Source of the DNA: Eledone cirrhosa
Lineage: Eukaryota
Direction: 5' to 3'
Assembly: GCA_964016885.1 (NCBI GenBank)
Contig: OZ024759.1
Location: forward strand, 3,534,001-3,598,000
Length of the DNA: 64,000 bases
The position numbers and the translations under genes were made by a program. Under the pieces are notes generated by a model. The model was not told the origin of the DNA. It saw only the letters and a list, made by a program, of their open reading frames with translations, and did not search any database. This document shows positions 61,601 through 64,000 of this stretch, piece after piece. How positions within the stretch are numbered: the stretch's first letter is position 1; every line of letters starts with the position of its first letter.

Positions 61601-64000
61601 TGTGTCTACAATGTTTGTGTGTCTACAGTGTCTCTGTGTCTACAATGCCTGTGTCTACAGTGCCTGTGTCAACAGTGCCTGTGTCTACAATGTCTGTGTG
61701 TCTACAGTGTCTGTGTGTCTACAGTGTCTGTGTGTCTACAGTGTCTGTGTCTACAGTGTCTGTGTGTCTACAATGTCTGTGTGTCTAGTGTCTGTGTCTA
61801 CAGTGTCTGTGTGTCTACAGTGTCTGTGTCTACAGTGTCTGTGTGTCTACAGTGTCTACAGTGTCTGTGTGTCTACAGTGTCTGTGTCTACAGTGTCTGT
61901 GTGTCTACAGTGTCTGTGTCTACAGTGTCTGTGTGTCTACAGTGTCTGTGTGTCTACAATGTCTGTGTGTCTACAATGTCTGTGTGTCTACAATGTCTGT
62001 GTGTCTACAGTGTCTGTGTGTCTACAGTGTCTGTGTGTCTACAGTGTCTGTGTGTCTACAGTGACTGTGTATCTGCAGTGTCTGTGTGTCTACAATGCCT
62101 GTGTCTCTACATTGTCTGTGTCTACAGTGTCTGTGTGTCTACAATGTCTGTGTGTCTACAGTGTCTGTGTGTCTACAGTGTCTGTGTGTCTACAATGTCT
62201 GTGTCTCTACATTGTCTGTGTCTCTACAGTGTCTGTGTCTACAGTGTCTGTGTGTCTACAATGTCTGTGTGTCTACAATGTCTGTGTGTCTACAATGTCT
62301 GTGTGTCTACAATGTCTGTGTGTCTACAATGTCTGTGAGTCTACAATGTCTGTGTGTCTACAGTGTCTGTGTGTCTACAGTGTCTGTGTGTCTACAGTGT
62401 CTGTGTTTCTACAGTGTCTGTGTGTCTACAGTGTCTGTGTGTGTACAGTGTCTGTGTCTACTGTGTCTACAGTGTCTGTGTCTACAGTGTCTGAGTCTAC
62501 AATGTTTGTGTGTCTACAGTGTCTGTGTGTGTACAGTGTCTGTGTCTACAGTGTCTGAGTCTACAATGTCTGTGTGTCTACAATGCCTGTGTCTACAGTG
62601 TCCGTGTGTCTGTGTCTACAGTGTCTGTGTCTACAATACCTGTGTTTACAGTGTCTGTGTGTCTACAGTCTCTGAGTCTACAATGTCTGTGTGTCTACAA
62701 TGCCTGTGTCTACAGTGTCCGTGTGTCTGTGTCTACAGTGTCTGTGAATACAATGCCTGTGTCTACAGTGTCTGTGTGTCTACAGTGTCTGTGTCTACAG
62801 TGTCTGTGTCTACAGTGTCTGAGTCTACAATGTCTGTGTGTCTACAGTGTCTGTGTCTACAGTGTCCGTGTGTCTGTCTACAGTGTCTGTGTGTCTACAG
62901 TGTCTGTGTCTACAGTGACTGTGTGTCTACAGTGTCTGTGTGTCTACAATATGTGTCTACAGTGTCTGTGTCTACAGTGTCTGTGTGTCTACACTGTCTG
63001 TCTGTCTACAGTGTTTGTGTATCTACAGTGTCTGTGTGTCTACAATGTATGTGTGTCTACAGTGTCTGTGTGTCTACGTCTGTGTGTCTACAGTGTCTGT
63101 GTGTCTACAGTGTCTGTGTCTCTACATTGTCTGTGTGTCTACAGTGTCTGTGTCTACAGTGTCTGTGTGTCTACAGTGTCTGTGTGTCTACAGTGTCTGT
63201 GTGTCTACAGTGTCTGTGTCTACAGTGTCTGTCTGTCTACAGTGTCTGTGTCTACAGTGTCTGTGTGTCTACAATGTCTGTGTGTCTACAATGTCTGTGT
63301 GTCTACAGTGTCTGTGTCTACAGTGTCTGTGTGTCTACAGTGTCTGTGTCTACAGTGTCTGTGTGTCCACAGTGTCTGTGTCTACAGTGTCTGTGTGTCT
63401 ACAGTGTCTGTGTCTACAGTGTCTGTGTGTCTACAGTGTCTGTGTCTACAGTGTCTGTGTGTCTACAGTGTCTGTGTGTCTACAATGTCTGTGTGTCTAC
63501 AATGTCTGTGTGTCTACAATGTCTGTGTGTCTACAGTGTCTGTGTGTCTACAGTGTCTGTGTATCTACAGTGTCTGTGTGTCTACAGTGACTGTGTGTCT
63601 ACAATGTCTGTGTGTCTACAATGTCTGTGTCTACAGTGTCTGTGTATCTACAGTGTCTGTGTGTCTACAATGCCTGTGTCTCTACATTGTCTGTGTCTAC
63701 AGTGTCTGTGTGTCTACAATGTCTGTGTGTCTACAATGTCTGTGTCTCTACAGTGTCTGTGTGTTTACAATGTCTGTGTCTACAGTGTCTGTGTGTCTAC
63801 AGTGTCTGTGTGTCTACAATATCTGTGTGTCTACAATATCTGTGTGTCTACAGTGTCTGTATCTACAGTGTCTGTGTCTCTACAGTGTCTGTGTCTACAA
63901 TGTCTGTGTGTCTAAGGTGTCTGTGTGTCTACAGTGTCTGTGTGTCTACAATGTCTGTGTGTCTACAGTGACTGTGTGTCTACAGTGTCTGTGTGTCTAA
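52688..64000. repeat. 15/17-bp satellite, >11 kb, running off the window end
   Basis: Units GTCTACAGTGTCTGT and GTCTACARTGTCTGTGT; all VSTVSVCLQC ORFs are translations of it. Confidence 0.97.

Noticed and set aside
52447-64000. Many long Cys/Val/Ser-rich ORFs
   Set aside because: All three + frames are open because the satellite unit lacks stops on that strand; not protein-coding evidence.

Overview
Repeat-rich animal genomic DNA. The SINE/MITE/RTE complement and (TA)n density suggest an octopus-type cephalopod, which is inference only. Almost all of the long ORFs in the supplied track are artefacts of satellites. The real host coding content is on the minus strand. It consists of (i) ten 138-bp, phase 1-1 exons (39515 down to 14211), each encoding one 8-Cys MEGF10/Draper/SREC-type EGF module, and (ii) two upstream fasciclin (FAS1)-domain exons (52371-52221, 50880-50655). 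Mobile DNA includes a decayed autonomous Helitron (Rep + PIF1 helicase) joined head-to-tail to a short Helitron, two decayed RTE-clade LINEs, CR1-like, Penelope-like and Tc1/mariner remnants, TTAA- and hAT-type MITEs, several tRNA-derived SINE families, foldback palindromes and a 5S rRNA fragment. The most striking pattern is that nearly every intron of the EGF gene carries its own private tandem array. Four of these arrays can be traced to a local seed: the EGF exon itself, a CR1 3' end, a MITE terminus and a hAT-MITE interior. There is also direct evidence of recent exon duplication and an exon-less copy of almost one whole intron. Element boundaries are read by eye and are approximate; exon boundaries were checked against AG/GT sites.
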